64,000 nt of DNA from Syntrophorhabdaceae bacterium (GTDB taxonomy: Bacteria; Desulfobacterota; Syntrophorhabdia; Syntrophorhabdales; Syntrophorhabdaceae). Each line of letters starts with the position of its first letter. Position 1 is the stretch's first letter. The notes beneath the pieces were generated by a model. That model saw only the letters and a list, made by a program, of their open reading frames with translations. It had not been told where the DNA came from and did no database searches. Of the stretch, positions 11,001-21,416 are shown piece by piece. Position numbers and translations under genes: made by a program. The DNA is taken from positions 128,001 to 192,000 of the forward strand of contig OY762209.1 in assembly GCA_963665295.1 (NCBI GenBank). The letters are read 5' to 3'.

Positions 11001-11318
11001 CACCTGGGCGTTGTCCGGGTCGGTGTCCAAGGTAAAATATACGGTTATCGCCATCTGGCCCGTGTTGGAACTCGTGGATGTCATGTAGAGCATGTTGTCC
11101 ACACCGTTGATCTGGGCCTCGATGGGCGCGGCCACCGAATCGCCCACGGTTTTCGAGTCTGCGCCGGGATAGGTAGTGGTCACCTGGACCTGAACGGGTG
11201 TAATCTCGGGGTACATTGCCACGGGAAGGGCTTTCATGGCCACAAGGCCGGCAATGACGATGATAAGTGAGATTACCGTGGCAAAGATGGGGCGTTCTAT
11301 GAAGAACCGGGAGAACAT
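8088..11318 (-). CDS. RND efflux permease (HAE1/AcrB family)
   Basis: MFSRFFIERPIFA, GMVVDDAIVVVENVER, RLRPIIMTSLAF; 1076 aa. Confidence 0.95.
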   Translation of the reverse strand: MFSRFFIERPIFATVISLIIVIAGLVAMKALPVAMYPEITPVQVQVTTTYPGADSKTVGDSVAAPIEAQINGVDNMLYMTSTSSNTGQMAITVYFTLDTDPDNAQVQVQNRVNLAMPQLPAAVTQYGVSVQKKSSNPLMIISVFNKDGRYSPDYVTNYTNVYVLDAIKRVNGAGQAQIFGVPDQAMRIWMNPDRMASLGITTTDIQNAVAKQNALFGAGQVGQEPAGKEVQLTFPVVTQAPFVKPSEYENIILRANPDGSAIVRVRDVARAEVGRRQYIDDNRLNGAPAAPIIVYQQPGANGLDVSKGVRKTMEELKKSMPDGIEYVIALDTTDFVRISIDEVIHTLFEAILLVVLVVYLFLQSMRSTVICIVAIIVSLVGTFCGMLALGFSINLLTLFGIVLAIGMVVDDAIVVVENVERNMVKSRLHPKEATIRAMEEIGASLIAVVLVMASVFIPAAFLPGTTGQLYKQFAITIVISVALSGFVALTLTPAMCGILLKHTTPPQKGFLGWFFRFFAWFNRGFDRFTLGFGDAVVLMIKRMGVAFILLAFMILALLHLFRTTPTSFVPNEDQGYLMAQVMMPDAASLQRTSETCRRIDEFFAKNPAVSQRTIVNGYSLLDSQYKPNVSTFFVTLKDFKERYSTKERARRENSDAVLAAVTAEARSVDTGFMIPIAPPAIPGIGTTGGFEFWVQDKGSGDPQRLFEVTQQFLAKAVKRPELAGVSTTFRSSSQQLKAEVDRSKAVLLGVPVQDVYSALQAQFGSIAVSQFNQYSRVWNVILQSDAPYRRSPADITKLYTKSINGGMVPLSAVVKTSYTTGPDLVPHFNGFPAAYVTGSAAPGYSSGDAIRAMEDTAKEVLPSGYSFAWSGMAYEEKKSGGTSASAFIFGLIIVFLVLAAQFESWTLPGSVMTAVPFGILGALILNWMRGLNNDVYFQIGLLVLIGLGAKNAVLRVTFAVELRKQGLSIMDATIRAGEERLRPIIMTSLAFIFGVLPLAIATGAGANARHSIGTGIMGGMIGEATLAMLYVPLFFYLFDKLSERTSKKKEAPPAEGVPPAGGDKPDSAPPVTEGGG

Positions 11319-11321
11319 GGC

Positions 11322-12572
11322 TCAGTTCCTCCCCCGCTTTTCGCTTTTCGGGGAATCAGGTTTTGCCGCTTCCTTCTTTGCCGGGGCGGGGGCAGACGCC
11401 GGTTCCGCGGAGGGAACATAGGCTTTGGCCGCCACAGGTTCATCGGGTGTAAGGGTGAGGGCGCCGTCAACAACGACCCGGTCTCCCGCCCGAAGCCCTT
11501 CGCTGATAAAGATGTCGTTTCCGATCCAGTCACCCACTACCACCGGTCGTGGCCCGGCTTTGTTTTCCTTGTTCACCACCCAAATAAAATGGCCTTTGGC
11601 CCCCTGCTGCACCGTTCTTTGCGGCACGACAACCGCCTTGGGGCGTATTGCGCCGAGAACACGGGCGCGGACGAACTGGCCCGGCCGGAGCACGGCTCCA
11701 GGATTCGGGATGGTGCTGCGGAGAAGGAATGTGCCTGTCTGCGAGTTATAGTCGGCGTCCGCAAAGGTGATGCGGCCCCTTTTCGGGAAGAGGGAACCAT
11801 CGGCAAGGGTCAGTTCCACTATATATGCGTCATCTTTGGGCAGACGAAGGAGTCCGCGCTTTTCTTCGTTCCGGATTTTGAGGATGTCGTTCTCCGACAG
11901 GCTGAAGTTGACCCAGATCGGATCGGTCCGGGCCACGTAGGTAAGGAGACTGTTCATCTGGTTGACGTATGAGCCGTCCTGAACCCTTGCGTAGCTCGAA
12001 AGCCCGGATATGGGCGCAGTGATCGTGGTGTAACCGAGGTTGAGCCTCGCCTGTTCAACCTCCGCGCTCGCCGTCTCCACCGCTGCCGCGGATGTCTGCT
12101 CCTGACCCATGGCGTCATCGAGGTCCTTTTGTGAGAGGGCGTCCTGTTCGGCAAGGGGCTTTACCCGTGCAAGGTTGGCCCTCGCGGTGACAAGCCGTGC
12201 CCGCTGCTGGGCAAGCGCGCCCAGGGCGGCGTCCAGTTGCGCCTGAAAGGGTTTGGGGTCCATCTTGAACATGACCGTTCCGGCCTTGACCGGCTCTCCT
12301 TCCGTGTATGCCCGTTTATCGAGAAATCCGTTCACCCGCGCCCGGATCTCCACCTGATGGGAGCTCTGGGTCTGCGCGACGTATTCCAGGACCACGGGCG
12401 TGTCTCTCGTCTCGACTGTCAGTACCGTTACGGGAACGGGCGGGCGCGCCCCTGATTTGACCTCCTTCTTGCACCCGGGAGTGCATACAAGTACCGCCAA
12501 GATGGCGATGAGTCCTGTAATCAGGGTCAGGCCGGGGCGGCGGCGGTATAAGGCGGAGCTTACGTGACTCAT
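11322..12572 (-). CDS. RND periplasmic adaptor (MFP)
   Basis: VEIRARVNG, LGYTTITAPISG, LRPGQFVRA; start uncertain (ATG 12572 with GGAGG upstream; ORF extends to 12626). Confidence 0.92.
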   Translation of the reverse strand: MSHVSSALYRRRPGLTLITGLIAILAVLVCTPGCKKEVKSGARPPVPVTVLTVETRDTPVVLEYVAQTQSSHQVEIRARVNGFLDKRAYTEGEPVKAGTVMFKMDPKPFQAQLDAALGALAQQRARLVTARANLARVKPLAEQDALSQKDLDDAMGQEQTSAAAVETASAEVEQARLNLGYTTITAPISGLSSYARVQDGSYVNQMNSLLTYVARTDPIWVNFSLSENDILKIRNEEKRGLLRLPKDDAYIVELTLADGSLFPKRGRITFADADYNSQTGTFLLRSTIPNPGAVLRPGQFVRARVLGAIRPKAVVVPQRTVQQGAKGHFIWVVNKENKAGPRPVVVGDWIGNDIFISEGLRAGDRVVVDGALTLTPDEPVAAKAYVPSAEPASAPAPAKKEAAKPDSPKSEKRGRN

Positions 12573-12622
12573 TTCATTTCCTCCCTTTCTCTTTTTGTTC
12601 ATATCGGTCTCCTCCCCCTTAT

Positions 12623-13303
12623 TCACGTCTGCTCTCTCGAAACGAGACTGAGCGATACAAGCCGCGCGATGAGTATCGCGGGATAAAGCTGTCCGATGAA
12701 TGCCTCAATCATAACAAAGGAACGGGCCACGGACGCGACAGGGGTGACATCCCCGAAACCGACCGTGGTGAGGGTCACCACGCTGAAGTAGTTGAAGGCC
12801 TCCGCATATTCAGGGCTCGGCCGGGCAAGGGCCGGGGATATGCTGAAGGCCCCCGGTATGCAATAATCGATGAGCATATACACCCTGGCAAAGAGAACGC
12901 CGAGGAGGAGATATGCTGCGATGGCGCCCCTTATGCGGTGCGCCGTGACCGGCCCCTTGTGATAGACCATTACGAGGGCAACCATGAGAATCCCCAGTAA
13001 CGCGAGGGTAGACAGGACGAAATCCAGGCCCCTGAAATGAGGCAGGTCCACAAATGCCGAGACCAGCCGCACGATTGCGGAGAGAAGGATCAACGCTGCG
13101 AAGAACACGGTGATTGACCGCCTTAAGGCCATAATGCGAAGCCCGGAGAGAAGAAAGAGACAAAAGAGGACATCCCCGACCAGACCGACGACCAAACCGC
13201 CGCCCGTCACCGGTATCAATACGAAAAGCCGGATAACGAGGACCGCAAGAAGGGCGGTTAAGCTGTGTTCCTGGGTCCAGAAGCCGAAGAATCGTTTAAG
13301 CAT
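12623..13303 (-). CDS. Potassium channel family membrane protein (Ion_trans_2)
   Basis: YFSVVTLTTVGFGDVTP selectivity filter, several TM helices, GQLYPAILIARLV; start uncertain (ORF extends to 13411). Confidence 0.88.
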   Translation of the reverse strand: MLKRFFGFWTQEHSLTALLAVLVIRLFVLIPVTGGGLVVGLVGDVLFCLFLLSGLRIMALRRSITVFFAALILLSAIVRLVSAFVDLPHFRGLDFVLSTLALLGILMVALVMVYHKGPVTAHRIRGAIAAYLLLGVLFARVYMLIDYCIPGAFSISPALARPSPEYAEAFNYFSVVTLTTVGFGDVTPVASVARSFVMIEAFIGQLYPAILIARLVSLSLVSREQT

Positions 13304-13718
13304 AGGAAATCCGGGCCACCCTCCGTGGATATTAAGATCCTGTGTGTCACGAAACAATGCAGACGGCGTCGAACACGTCCGCCTCGGCCGGTCCTGACCC
13401 GTTCGGGTCACCCGCGCTCTTCCCTATAGACAAAACTTGCCATCAAGCATACTATAAGCATGACCGGAGTTCAATAACTACGGGTGCCTTGTTCGCAAAT
13501 TTGCCTCATGCCCCTCGTCTTGACTGCCCCGCAATCATGCTTATACTTAGATTTGCCATGAAGGTGATTCGAACCATTCCCCCTATCGATGCAAATCCAC
13601 CGGCAAGGGCAAACGGCTATCCCGGAGGATACGGCAGTGCTGCGTCCCGGGACAGTTTACAACCCCTCACGGTTTCCTGTATAATCGGAGTCTACACGTC
13701 CAACTAAGGAGGTTTCCT

Positions 13719-14993
13719 ATGGAACCTGCGCTTCGGGCCGCCCTGAGGTATCGATGGGTGATCTTCACGGTCCTCGCTCTGCAATATCTCTTCGTCTATT
13801 TCCACCGTGTGTGTCCTGCCGTGGTGGCCCAGGACCTGGTGGAAACATTCTCCATCAGCGCCACGTCCCTGGGGATTCTCGCTTCGGGCTACTTCTACCC
13901 TTATGCGCTCATGCAGGTCCCGGTCGGGCTTCTCGCCGATTCCTGGGGCTCTCGCAGGACCATCACCTTTTTTTCACTCCTCGCCGCGGCGGGCGCCATC
14001 ATGTTCGGCCTGTCCCCCGGCTTCGGATTCGCCACCGCGTCCCGCATCGTGGTGGGCCTCGGCCTCTCGGGTATCTTTGTGCCCGCCATGAAAACCTTCG
14101 CCGTATGGTTCAGACCGCAGGAATATGCCAAAATATCAGGGGCCCTCATGGCTGTGGGAGGCATCGGCTGGCTTTCCGCCTCAACACCCCTGGCACTTGT
14201 GGCCAAGAACTTCGGCTGGCGTACCGGCTTTATCGCCATAGGCGTCATCACCGTGGTATTTTCAGTCCTGACCCGGTTTTTCGTGGTCGATTCGCCGAAG
14301 GAAAAGGGCTATCCCGACATCAATCCGTCCCTTCAGCAGGGAGGCGGCCAAACGCGAACGGGGCTTTCGGGGAACATAAGGATGGTCTTTTCCACTCCGT
14401 CCTTCTGGCCTCTGGCCCTCTGGTGTTTTTGCAACGGGTCCATCCTTTTCAGCTTCAACGGCTTGTGGGCAGGACCTTATCTGAGGGACATTTACGGGCT
14501 TTCGAAGCCCGCCATCGGGAACCTCCTTTCCATGGTAGCCATCGGAATGGTGATAGGGAGCCCCGCGCTCGGATACCTGTCCGACAATATCCTGAAAAGC
14601 AGAAAGAAGGTCATGTTCGGATGCTCCCTTGTAACCGCCGTCGAATGGGCATTCTTTTACGCCTTTTATCAGTCCCTGTCCCTCACGGTCCTCACCATCT
14701 TCTTTCTTCTCATAGGCGTATGTATCGGCGCAGCGGTCATCATCGTGTTTACCGCCACAAAGGAACTCTTTCCCGTGGGCATGGCGGGCACCTCCGTGGC
14801 CTGCGTGAACCTCTTCGGGTTTCTGGGAGGGGTCATTTACCAACCGCTGATAGGACATTTTATGGACACGGCAGGCAAGGTGGACGGCCGGTACCTCCCC
14901 CAGGGATATAAGACGGCCTTCCTGCTCCTTTTTGCCACGAGCGTCGTATATGCCCTGAGCGCCCTCCTCGCGAAAGAAAAACCCCGGAACTGA
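13719..14993 (+). CDS. MFS transporter
   Basis: GLLADSWGSRR motif A, about 12 TM helices, AGGAGG RBS. Confidence 0.92.
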   Translation: MEPALRAALRYRWVIFTVLALQYLFVYFHRVCPAVVAQDLVETFSISATSLGILASGYFYPYALMQVPVGLLADSWGSRRTITFFSLLAAAGAIMFGLSPGFGFATASRIVVGLGLSGIFVPAMKTFAVWFRPQEYAKISGALMAVGGIGWLSASTPLALVAKNFGWRTGFIAIGVITVVFSVLTRFFVVDSPKEKGYPDINPSLQQGGGQTRTGLSGNIRMVFSTPSFWPLALWCFCNGSILFSFNGLWAGPYLRDIYGLSKPAIGNLLSMVAIGMVIGSPALGYLSDNILKSRKKVMFGCSLVTAVEWAFFYAFYQSLSLTVLTIFFLLIGVCIGAAVIIVFTATKELFPVGMAGTSVACVNLFGFLGGVIYQPLIGHFMDTAGKVDGRYLPQGYKTAFLLLFATSVVYALSALLAKEKPRN

Positions 14994-15118
14994 GGGGACC
15001 GGAAGAAGGGCATCCCACGGCGGCCTCCCTTTTGTCCCGACGTTGCGATCGCCTCTTGCCGGTGCGGCACTCATCTTGCATTACTTACGGCATAATGCAA
15101 AGGAGGACTGAAAAGACC

Positions 15119-15286
15119 ATGGCGAGAGAGATGATGAGGATGACAAGGATCGGCGACCCTGAGACAGACGAAGTCATGAGAAAACTGCGTAAAGACGTGG
15201 TAGGTTCCCTGATGGCGGGCGGTTCGGGAGTGAAGGCATCGAAGTGGTTTCAGGAAAGAGAAGCCGCAGTGAAGGCGGAACGATGA
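15119..15286 (+). CDS. Small hypothetical protein (55 aa)
   Basis: ATG 15119 preceded by AAGGAGG; MAREMMRMTRIGDPETDEVMRKLRKDVV...; no family recognised. Confidence 0.45.
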   Translation: MAREMMRMTRIGDPETDEVMRKLRKDVVGSLMAGGSGVKASKWFQEREAAVKAER

Positions 15287-15395
15287 CGGCCATCGTCAAA
15301 ATACTCCTCACCTGTGTCAAAATATACCTCATCTGGGGGAAGACATACCGGGTGAACGGACTCGCAAAGAACAGGTTCGGGGCTCTCTACGACGG

Positions 15396-15605
15396 TCACA
15401 TGGAGGAAATGTCTGTCTGAGCCTTTTCGGCCATACGCCTGCCCATTCTTTCGAAAAGGATCTTTTTCCCCTCATCCGACACGCAAACCTCGTCCTTGAC
15501 ATCTTCCGGGTCTCTTGATGTGGATACTACGTTGGTGAGCGTATCTCTCTTGTTCTTGAGATACGTTCTGATTACGGCGCCTACCTGATGGTCTGTAATA
15601 GTCAT
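15396..15605 (-). CDS. Small protein resembling the DVU0524 (FlgM-associated) family
   Basis: ITDHQVGAVIRTY...DEVCVSDEGKK pattern resembles the D-x-V-x-(I/V)-S-x-E-G-K motif of FlgM-like/DVU0524 proteins. Confidence 0.5.
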   Translation of the reverse strand: MTITDHQVGAVIRTYLKNKRDTLTNVVSTSRDPEDVKDEVCVSDEGKKILFERMGRRMAEKAQTDISSM

Positions 15606-15693
15606 CCTGACCTTTTTCTCCTGTCCATGTTATCGCACCGTGGTGGTTTTACTTAAGAGTTTTTTTCGGATTTGTTGCAAAAATTTTTTTCAT

Positions 15694-15725
15694 CCGGGAG
15701 CCTCTCCGAACGTATAGGCTCCCGG
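15694..15725 (-). terminator. Hairpin downstream of the hsp20 pair
   Basis: CCGGGAGCCT...AGGCTCCCGG inverted repeat flanked by T/A-rich runs. Confidence 0.5.
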
Positions 15726-15803
15726 TATTTGATTTTATTCCGTTTTATTGCAAGTCGTCATTGCAGGGCCTCTCTATTGCCGTTCCCGGAGGCTCACTTC
15801 CGG

Positions 15804-16217
15804 TCAGTCTCCCGGTTTTACCGTTATCTTTTTCGCCTTGGGCGCTTCGGATTTGGGCATTACAAGGGTAAGGACCCCGTTCTTTACCTTTGCCTCTATC
15901 CGCTCCCTGTCTATCTCCCCGGAAAGAGTGAAGACCCTCTGATAGTCGCCTACGCCATACTCGGAATAGACCAGCTTCATCTTCTCCGGTATCTCGGGCT
16001 CAATCCGCCCATGAATCGTGAGAATGTTCTTTTCCAGCGTGATATCGACGGACTTCTCGTCAACGCCCGCCATATCGGCCACTACGGTAATATTGTCCTT
16101 CTTCTCGATAATGTCCACGTCGGGGTTGTAGAACCTCCCCGCGCGGGTGTGCTCGACCCGATCAGGCAGACCGGCTTCCTGTTTTTGTCCTTCTCTTTTC
16201 CTTTCAGCCATATCCAA
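15804..16217 (-). CDS. Hsp20/alpha-crystallin small heat-shock protein
   Basis: PDVDIIE, ADMAGV, IEAKVKNGVLTLVMPK. Confidence 0.93.
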   Translation of the reverse strand: MDMAERKREGQKQEAGLPDRVEHTRAGRFYNPDVDIIEKKDNITVVADMAGVDEKSVDITLEKNILTIHGRIEPEIPEKMKLVYSEYGVGDYQRVFTLSGEIDRERIEAKVKNGVLTLVMPKSEAPKAKKITVKPGD

Positions 16218-16228
16218 ACCCCTCCCCT

Positions 16229-16675
16229 CTATGCGGACTTGATTGTTATCTTTTTGGGCTTTTCAGCTTCGGCCCTCGGCAGCGTCACATAAAGTACGCC
16301 GTTTACAAACTTTGCTCTGGCCTTGTCGGCCTCCACGTTGAAGGGCAGTTCAACGATCCGCGAAAACCGCCCATACCAGCGCTCCCTCCGGTGATACGAT
16401 TCGTCCGCCCCGGCCGGTGAGGCATCCCGCGAGCCCCGGAGCGTCAATGTCTTTCCGCTGATGGAAATATCGAGCCCTTCAGCGTCTATTCCCGGAATCT
16501 CCGACATGGCCACCACTGTCTCCCCGTCCGCCCATAGGTTCACCGCGGGAAACTCGGCGACCGACGGCGACGTGAACCTGGACAGGACGCGATTCATTTC
16601 GTTTTCCATGCGCTCGAAATCAGCCCATGGGTCGCGCCCGCTCCCGAAAGTTTTAAATCCCTCTGACCACAACAT
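16229..16675 (-). CDS. Hsp20/alpha-crystallin small heat-shock protein
   Basis: FPAVNL, RRERWYGRFSR, AKFVNGVLYVTLPR. Confidence 0.93.
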   Translation of the reverse strand: MLWSEGFKTFGSGRDPWADFERMENEMNRVLSRFTSPSVAEFPAVNLWADGETVVAMSEIPGIDAEGLDISISGKTLTLRGSRDASPAGADESYHRRERWYGRFSRIVELPFNVEADKARAKFVNGVLYVTLPRAEAEKPKKITIKSA

Positions 16676-17013
16676 GGCACATCCTCCTTCGATGTTTAAT
16701 ATTTAGACCACAATTAAGCATTAAGGTGCTTCGGTGATCCCATCAAGAATCAATATTTGCACTGATCTACAGTTTGTCAAGAGGGAGGACGGCTTGTGTC
16801 TCATGTGAGTGTTTTTGCAACTCTCTTACGGAGAGCGGTCGTTGATTTTCCCGGAAAAGTGCTTATATTAGGTAATAGGACATCAAACTAAGGTTTCCAG
16901 GCGACGGATCTTTAGGGGGGCTCAATTAGATTATCGCACGAAGAGCAACACCCTTTCGGAGGGGCGGTCTGCTGCCGGGACCGGGACCGGGGAACCAACA
17001 ACAGAGGTGACGG

Positions 17014-19599
17014 ATGAATTGGGAAAAATTGACCATCAAGGCTCAGGAGGCTATTGCCGAGGCACAGAAGAAAGCGGAGAGCTCTAATCATCAGATGATC
17101 GAGGGGGAGCACCTCCTTTACTCGCTCCTCACGCAGAAAGAGGGGGTCGTGAGACCGGTCCTCGATAAACTCGGGGCAAGCGCAGACGCGATCATATCGG
17201 AGCTGGACAAGGAAATGCAGAGAATGCCCCGGGTGGAAGGGGGCGCACAAGTTTATATATCTCCAAGGCTGAAACAGATACTCGATACGGCCTTTACCGA
17301 GGCGGAGAGGCTCAAAGACGAGTATGTGAGCACGGAGCACCTCCTCATAGGCGTGGCGGAGGTGCCGGAAGGACCCGCTTACTCCATACTGAAACGCCAC
17401 GGGGTGACCAAGGACGGGATATACACGGTCCTCAAGGATATCAGGGGTTCACAGCGCGTAACGGACCAAAACCCCGAAGAGAAATACCAGGCCCTCCAGA
17501 AATATGCGAGGGACCTCACGGAAGAGGCGAGGAAAGGGAAGCTCGACCCCGTCATCGGAAGGGATGAAGAGGTGAGGAGGGTCATGCAGGTCCTCTCCCG
17601 GAGGACCAAGAACAACCCCGTTATCATAGGGGAGCCCGGCGTGGGCAAGACCGCCATCGTGGAGGGACTGGCCCAGCGTATCGTAAGCGGGGACGTGCCG
17701 GAGACATTGAAGGACAAGAAGGTCCTCGCCCTTGACCTCGGGGCCATGCTCGCAGGCGCGAAATACAGGGGCGAGTTCGAAGACAGACTCAAGGCGGTAC
17801 TCAAGGAGATCGACGAGGCTGCAGGCACGGTTATCCTTTTCATAGATGAACTCCACACCCTGGTGGGAGCGGGAGGCGCCCAGGGCGCCCTGGACGCGTC
17901 GAACATGCTGAAACCGGCCCTCGCAAGGGGCGAGCTACGTTGCATCGGCGCCACGACCCTCGACGAATACAGGAAGTATGTGGAGAAGGACGCGGCCCTG
18001 GAAAGACGGTTCCAGCCCGTGGTGGTGGGAGAACCTTCAGTCGAGGAGACCATCGCGATCCTGAGGGGCCTCAAGGAACGGTACGAACTGCATCACAAGG
18101 TACGGGTCAAGGACTCCGCTCTCATCGCGGCGGCAACCCTCTCGCACCGGTATATTACGGACAGGTTCCTTCCCGACAAAGCCATAGACCTTATCGACGA
18201 GGCGGCGTCGAGGCTCAGGATGGAGATAGACAGCGTCCCCACGGAGATCGACGAGGTAGAAAGAAGAATCATACAAATCCAGATCGAGATCGAGGCGCTG
18301 AAAAAAGAGAAGGACCAGGCGTCAAAGGAGAGAAGGACAAAGCTCGAAGAAGAGCTTAAAGGCCTCAGCTCCGAGGTGGCGGAGAAGAGAAGCCACTGGC
18401 AGAAGGAGAAGGCCCTTATCACCGGCATAGGCGAGACAAAAGAGAAGATCGAAAAGGCCCGGATAGAGGCCGACGAACTGGAGCGCAAGGGCGATTTCGG
18501 AAAAGTCGCCGAGATCAGATATGGCCTTATCTCCTCTCTGGATAAGGAACTGCAGGAAAAGAACCAGCAACTCCTCGACCTGCAAAAGGACAGGAAGATG
18601 TTGAAGGAAGAAGTCGACGAGGAGGATATTGCCAAGGTGGTCTCCAAGTGGACGGGCATACCCGTTTCGAAAATGCTCGAAGGGGACATGGAAAAACTCG
18701 TAAGCATGGAAGAAAGGATGCACCGCAGGGTAATCGGACAGGACGAGGCGATCGAGGCCGTGGCCAACACGATCAGGCGGGCCAGGGCCGGTCTCCAGGA
18801 CCCGAACAGACCTCTGGGCTCTTTCCTCTTCCTGGGGCCCACCGGCGTAGGCAAGACCGAACTTGCCAAGGCCCTCGCGGAGTTCCTCTTCGATGACGAG
18901 CAGGCCATTGTCCGTATAGACATGAGCGAGTTCATGGAGAAGCATTCCGTGTCCCGTCTGATCGGCGCGCCCCCCGGCTACGTAGGCTATGAAGAGGGCG
19001 GGTACCTGACCGAAGCGGTGAGAAGGAAACCCTATTCCATTATCCTCATGGACGAGGTGGAAAAGGCCCATCCCGAGGTGTTCAACGTGCTCCTTCAGGT
19101 CCTCGACGACGGCAGGCTCACCGACGGACAGGGCAGGACCGTTGACTTCAAGAACTCCGTCATCATCATGACATCGAATATGGGGAGCCAGTGGATAACC
19201 GAACTCGGCGGCAAGGATTATGAAGAGATGAAAAGAAGGGTCCTCGAGACGGTGACGGGTCATTTCAAGCCCGAGTTCCTGAACAGGATCGATGAAATGA
19301 TCATCTTCCGGTCCCTCACCGAGGACGACATCAGGAAGATCGCCGACCTGCAACTCGGCTTCCTCGCCCTGCGAGTGGCCGACAGGGGTATCGATCTCTC
19401 CTTTACGGAAAAACTCAGGGCCCTGGTGGCAAAAGAGGGGTACGACCCTGTATATGGCGCGCGGCCCCTGAAGAGGCTCATCCAGAGAAAGCTTCAGGAT
19501 TCCCTCGCCCTCAGGATACTGAAGGGAGAAATAAAGGAAGGCGACAAGGTAACGGTGGACGCCGACGCAAAAGGCAACGTAGTCTTCAAGACCGCCTGA
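17014..19599 (+). CDS. clpB: ATP-dependent disaggregase ClpB
   Basis: Two AAA+ modules ([16 protein letters not shown]), coiled-coil middle domain, GAPPGYVGY; 861 aa. Confidence 0.97.
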   Translation: MNWEKLTIKAQEAIAEAQKKAESSNHQMIEGEHLLYSLLTQKEGVVRPVLDKLGASADAIISELDKEMQRMPRVEGGAQVYISPRLKQILDTAFTEAERLKDEYVSTEHLLIGVAEVPEGPAYSILKRHGVTKDGIYTVLKDIRGSQRVTDQNPEEKYQALQKYARDLTEEARKGKLDPVIGRDEEVRRVMQVLSRRTKNNPVIIGEPGVGKTAIVEGLAQRIVSGDVPETLKDKKVLALDLGAMLAGAKYRGEFEDRLKAVLKEIDEAAGTVILFIDELHTLVGAGGAQGALDASNMLKPALARGELRCIGATTLDEYRKYVEKDAALERRFQPVVVGEPSVEETIAILRGLKERYELHHKVRVKDSALIAAATLSHRYITDRFLPDKAIDLIDEAASRLRMEIDSVPTEIDEVERRIIQIQIEIEALKKEKDQASKERRTKLEEELKGLSSEVAEKRSHWQKEKALITGIGETKEKIEKARIEADELERKGDFGKVAEIRYGLISSLDKELQEKNQQLLDLQKDRKMLKEEVDEEDIAKVVSKWTGIPVSKMLEGDMEKLVSMEERMHRRVIGQDEAIEAVANTIRRARAGLQDPNRPLGSFLFLGPTGVGKTELAKALAEFLFDDEQAIVRIDMSEFMEKHSVSRLIGAPPGYVGYEEGGYLTEAVRRKPYSIILMDEVEKAHPEVFNVLLQVLDDGRLTDGQGRTVDFKNSVIIMTSNMGSQWITELGGKDYEEMKRRVLETVTGHFKPEFLNRIDEMIIFRSLTEDDIRKIADLQLGFLALRVADRGIDLSFTEKLRALVAKEGYDPVYGARPLKRLIQRKLQDSLALRILKGEIKEGDKVTVDADAKGNVVFKTA

Positions 19600-19604
19600 C
19601 AACA

Positions 19605-19633
19605 AGGGGGAAGGGGGCAATCCCCTTCCCCCT
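19605..19633 (+). terminator. Terminator-like hairpin after clpB
   Basis: AGGGGGAAGGGG-GCAAT-CCCCTTCCCCCT 12-bp stem. Confidence 0.65.
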
Positions 19634-19710
19634 CTATCCTTCCCCGGTCAATCCCGCCCAAGTTTCTTCTTGACACCGGTGCCAGGATATTATAAATTTT
19701 CACATCAATT

Positions 19711-19785
19711 AGGCGCGTAGCTCAGTGGGAGAGCGCTACCTTGACACGGTAGAGGTCAGGGGTTCAATACCCCTCGTGCCTACCA
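19711..19785 (+). tRNA. tRNA-Val(GAC)
   Basis: AGGCGCG acceptor, TAGCTCAG D-arm, CTACC-TTGACAC-GGTAG anticodon arm, GGTTCAATAC T-loop, 3' CCA; TTGACA at 19670 upstream. Confidence 0.97.
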
Positions 19786-20228
19786 TTTTTTTGCCGATTT
19801 TCGGAAATCCTATTACGATAGGTTTCATCCCACAACCTCCAGCCTCTTCCCGACGCTCCTTCAAATATGTCCCGTGGGACACACCTTGTTCATCGTCACA
19901 CCGCCATTGCGTGGGGTGCCGCAACCTTGGCGCGTACCGAAGGCATCATAACTCAACCTGACGATTCCCTGTTTGCTAAAACGGCGCCTCGTGTTATACT
20001 GCTGCTATGGACGGCAGGGAGCCCGTCGGAAAAGGGTATCCTTGCGCTCCGCCTGTCCGGAGTATCGGACGGCCCACATTGCAGTGTGATAAGATTGTGA
20101 TGAAAGGATCACGATAGACTGAAACGGACGGAATGGAATCAGCCGTATGGATGGACTTAACAGTAGTGCGATCAATGGCTTTGGTAAATACGACCCATAT
20201 GTCAAGGGCTTTTACTTCTCCCTTTCTG

Positions 20229-20270
20229 CTGCGAATCCGGGGTTGCAGGTTCGATTCCCGTTGGACGCGC
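20229..20270 (+). pseudogene. Degenerate 3' half of a tRNA-Arg (att-site-like remnant)
   Basis: CTGCGAA-TCCGG-GGTT-GCAGG-TTCGATT-CCCGT-TGGACGC-G has the geometry of anticodon loop, variable loop, T-arm and acceptor 3' strand; no 5' half upstream. Confidence 0.6.
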
Positions 20271-20378
20271 TCAAAGCACGGCCACGGGGGCGATCTTTTG
20301 TCCTTGTCCAGGTTGGCGCTATCCCCTCTCAGTCTTGATATGCCGGGGCCGCCCCACCAGTGAGGAATACGAGCCGCC

Positions 20379-21416
20379 ATGAATGCACCTGACTCAGACC
20401 CGACACAGGAACCCATCGACGCCGTCTACACATGGGTGAACGGCGATGACCCGGAGGTGCGGGCAGCCTTGGAGAGCCGGCGGCAAGGTCCCGTGGACGT
20501 GCACAGCTCGGGCGTCCGCCGTTTCCGGGACAACGGGGAACTCAGGTATTCCCTGCGTTCCCTGGAGCAGCACGCCCCTTGGGTCCGCAACGTCGTCATC
20601 GTCCATTCCGGAGCCCCACCCGCATGGCTGGACACAACCCGTCCCGGCCTGCGCACCGTGCGCCACGAGGAGATCTTTCCCGACCACGCCGCGCTGCCCA
20701 CGTTCAATTCATGGGCCATTGAACTCACCCTGCACCTCATTCCCGGCCTCTCACGGCGCTTCCTCTATCTGAACGACGACTTCTTTCTGGTCCGGGACAC
20801 ACCGCCCGCGTGGTTCCTGCCCGCGGATGGCCCTCCGCGATTTTTCTTCGAGGACAATGCCATTCCGGTAAGGGGCGCCTCCCGGAACGTGACCGACCGG
20901 GCCTGTGCCCATACCCTCCGGTACCAGCCCTGGAAGGGATCGCGTCACAGCCCTGCACTGGCCCGTTCCCGCACCGGCTGGCGCCGGTTCCTGGGCATCG
21001 CCCCCTATCGCAACAAGACGGCCCATGTCCCCCAACTCTACGACCGGGACGTGATCTGCGATCTGGAGGCCCGTTTCCCCGCGGAGTTTCGTGCTACCCG
21101 GCATCACCGTTTCAGGGCGCCGGACGACCTGGCCCTGCAAATCCTGTACGCCTACACCGGACTGGCGTGCGGCCGGTTGCAGGCGGTCCGCCTGGACTGG
21201 GATTCACCGGACTTCCTTTTTGTCCGTCTAAGGGATGACCCGGAGTTGAGCAGGGGGGCCTTGGAGCGCCTGGAGCGAGAGCGGCCGAGATTCGCGTGCG
21301 CCAACGACGACGTGGTCTCGGAAGCCCCCGACCCGCCGGCCCTTGTCTACTGGAAGGAGGTCATGGCCCGATGCTGGCCCCGACCCTCCCGGTTCGAGCG
21401 GGGTCCGGCTCCATGA
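20379..21416 (+). CDS. Stealth family hexose-1-phosphate transferase
   Basis: CR1 [15 protein letters not shown]2 [14 protein letters not shown]...TFNSWAIE...[12 protein letters not shown]3 AHVP/RFRAPDD; CR4 FACAND. Confidence 0.92.
   Translation: MNAPDSDPTQEPIDAVYTWVNGDDPEVRAALESRRQGPVDVHSSGVRRFRDNGELRYSLRSLEQHAPWVRNVVIVHSGAPPAWLDTTRPGLRTVRHEEIFPDHAALPTFNSWAIELTLHLIPGLSRRFLYLNDDFFLVRDTPPAWFLPADGPPRFFFEDNAIPVRGASRNVTDRACAHTLRYQPWKGSRHSPALARSRTGWRRFLGIAPYRNKTAHVPQLYDRDVICDLEARFPAEFRATRHHRFRAPDDLALQILYAYTGLACGRLQAVRLDWDSPDFLFVRLRDDPELSRGALERLERERPRFACANDDVVSEAPDPPALVYWKEVMARCWPRPSRFERGPAP

Noticed and set aside
16676..17013. CIRCE or HAIR heat-shock operator between hsp20 and clpB
   Set aside because: No TTAGCACTC-N9-GAGTGCTAA or CTTGAGT-N7-ACTCAAG found; only a short AAGCA-N6-TGCTT palindrome
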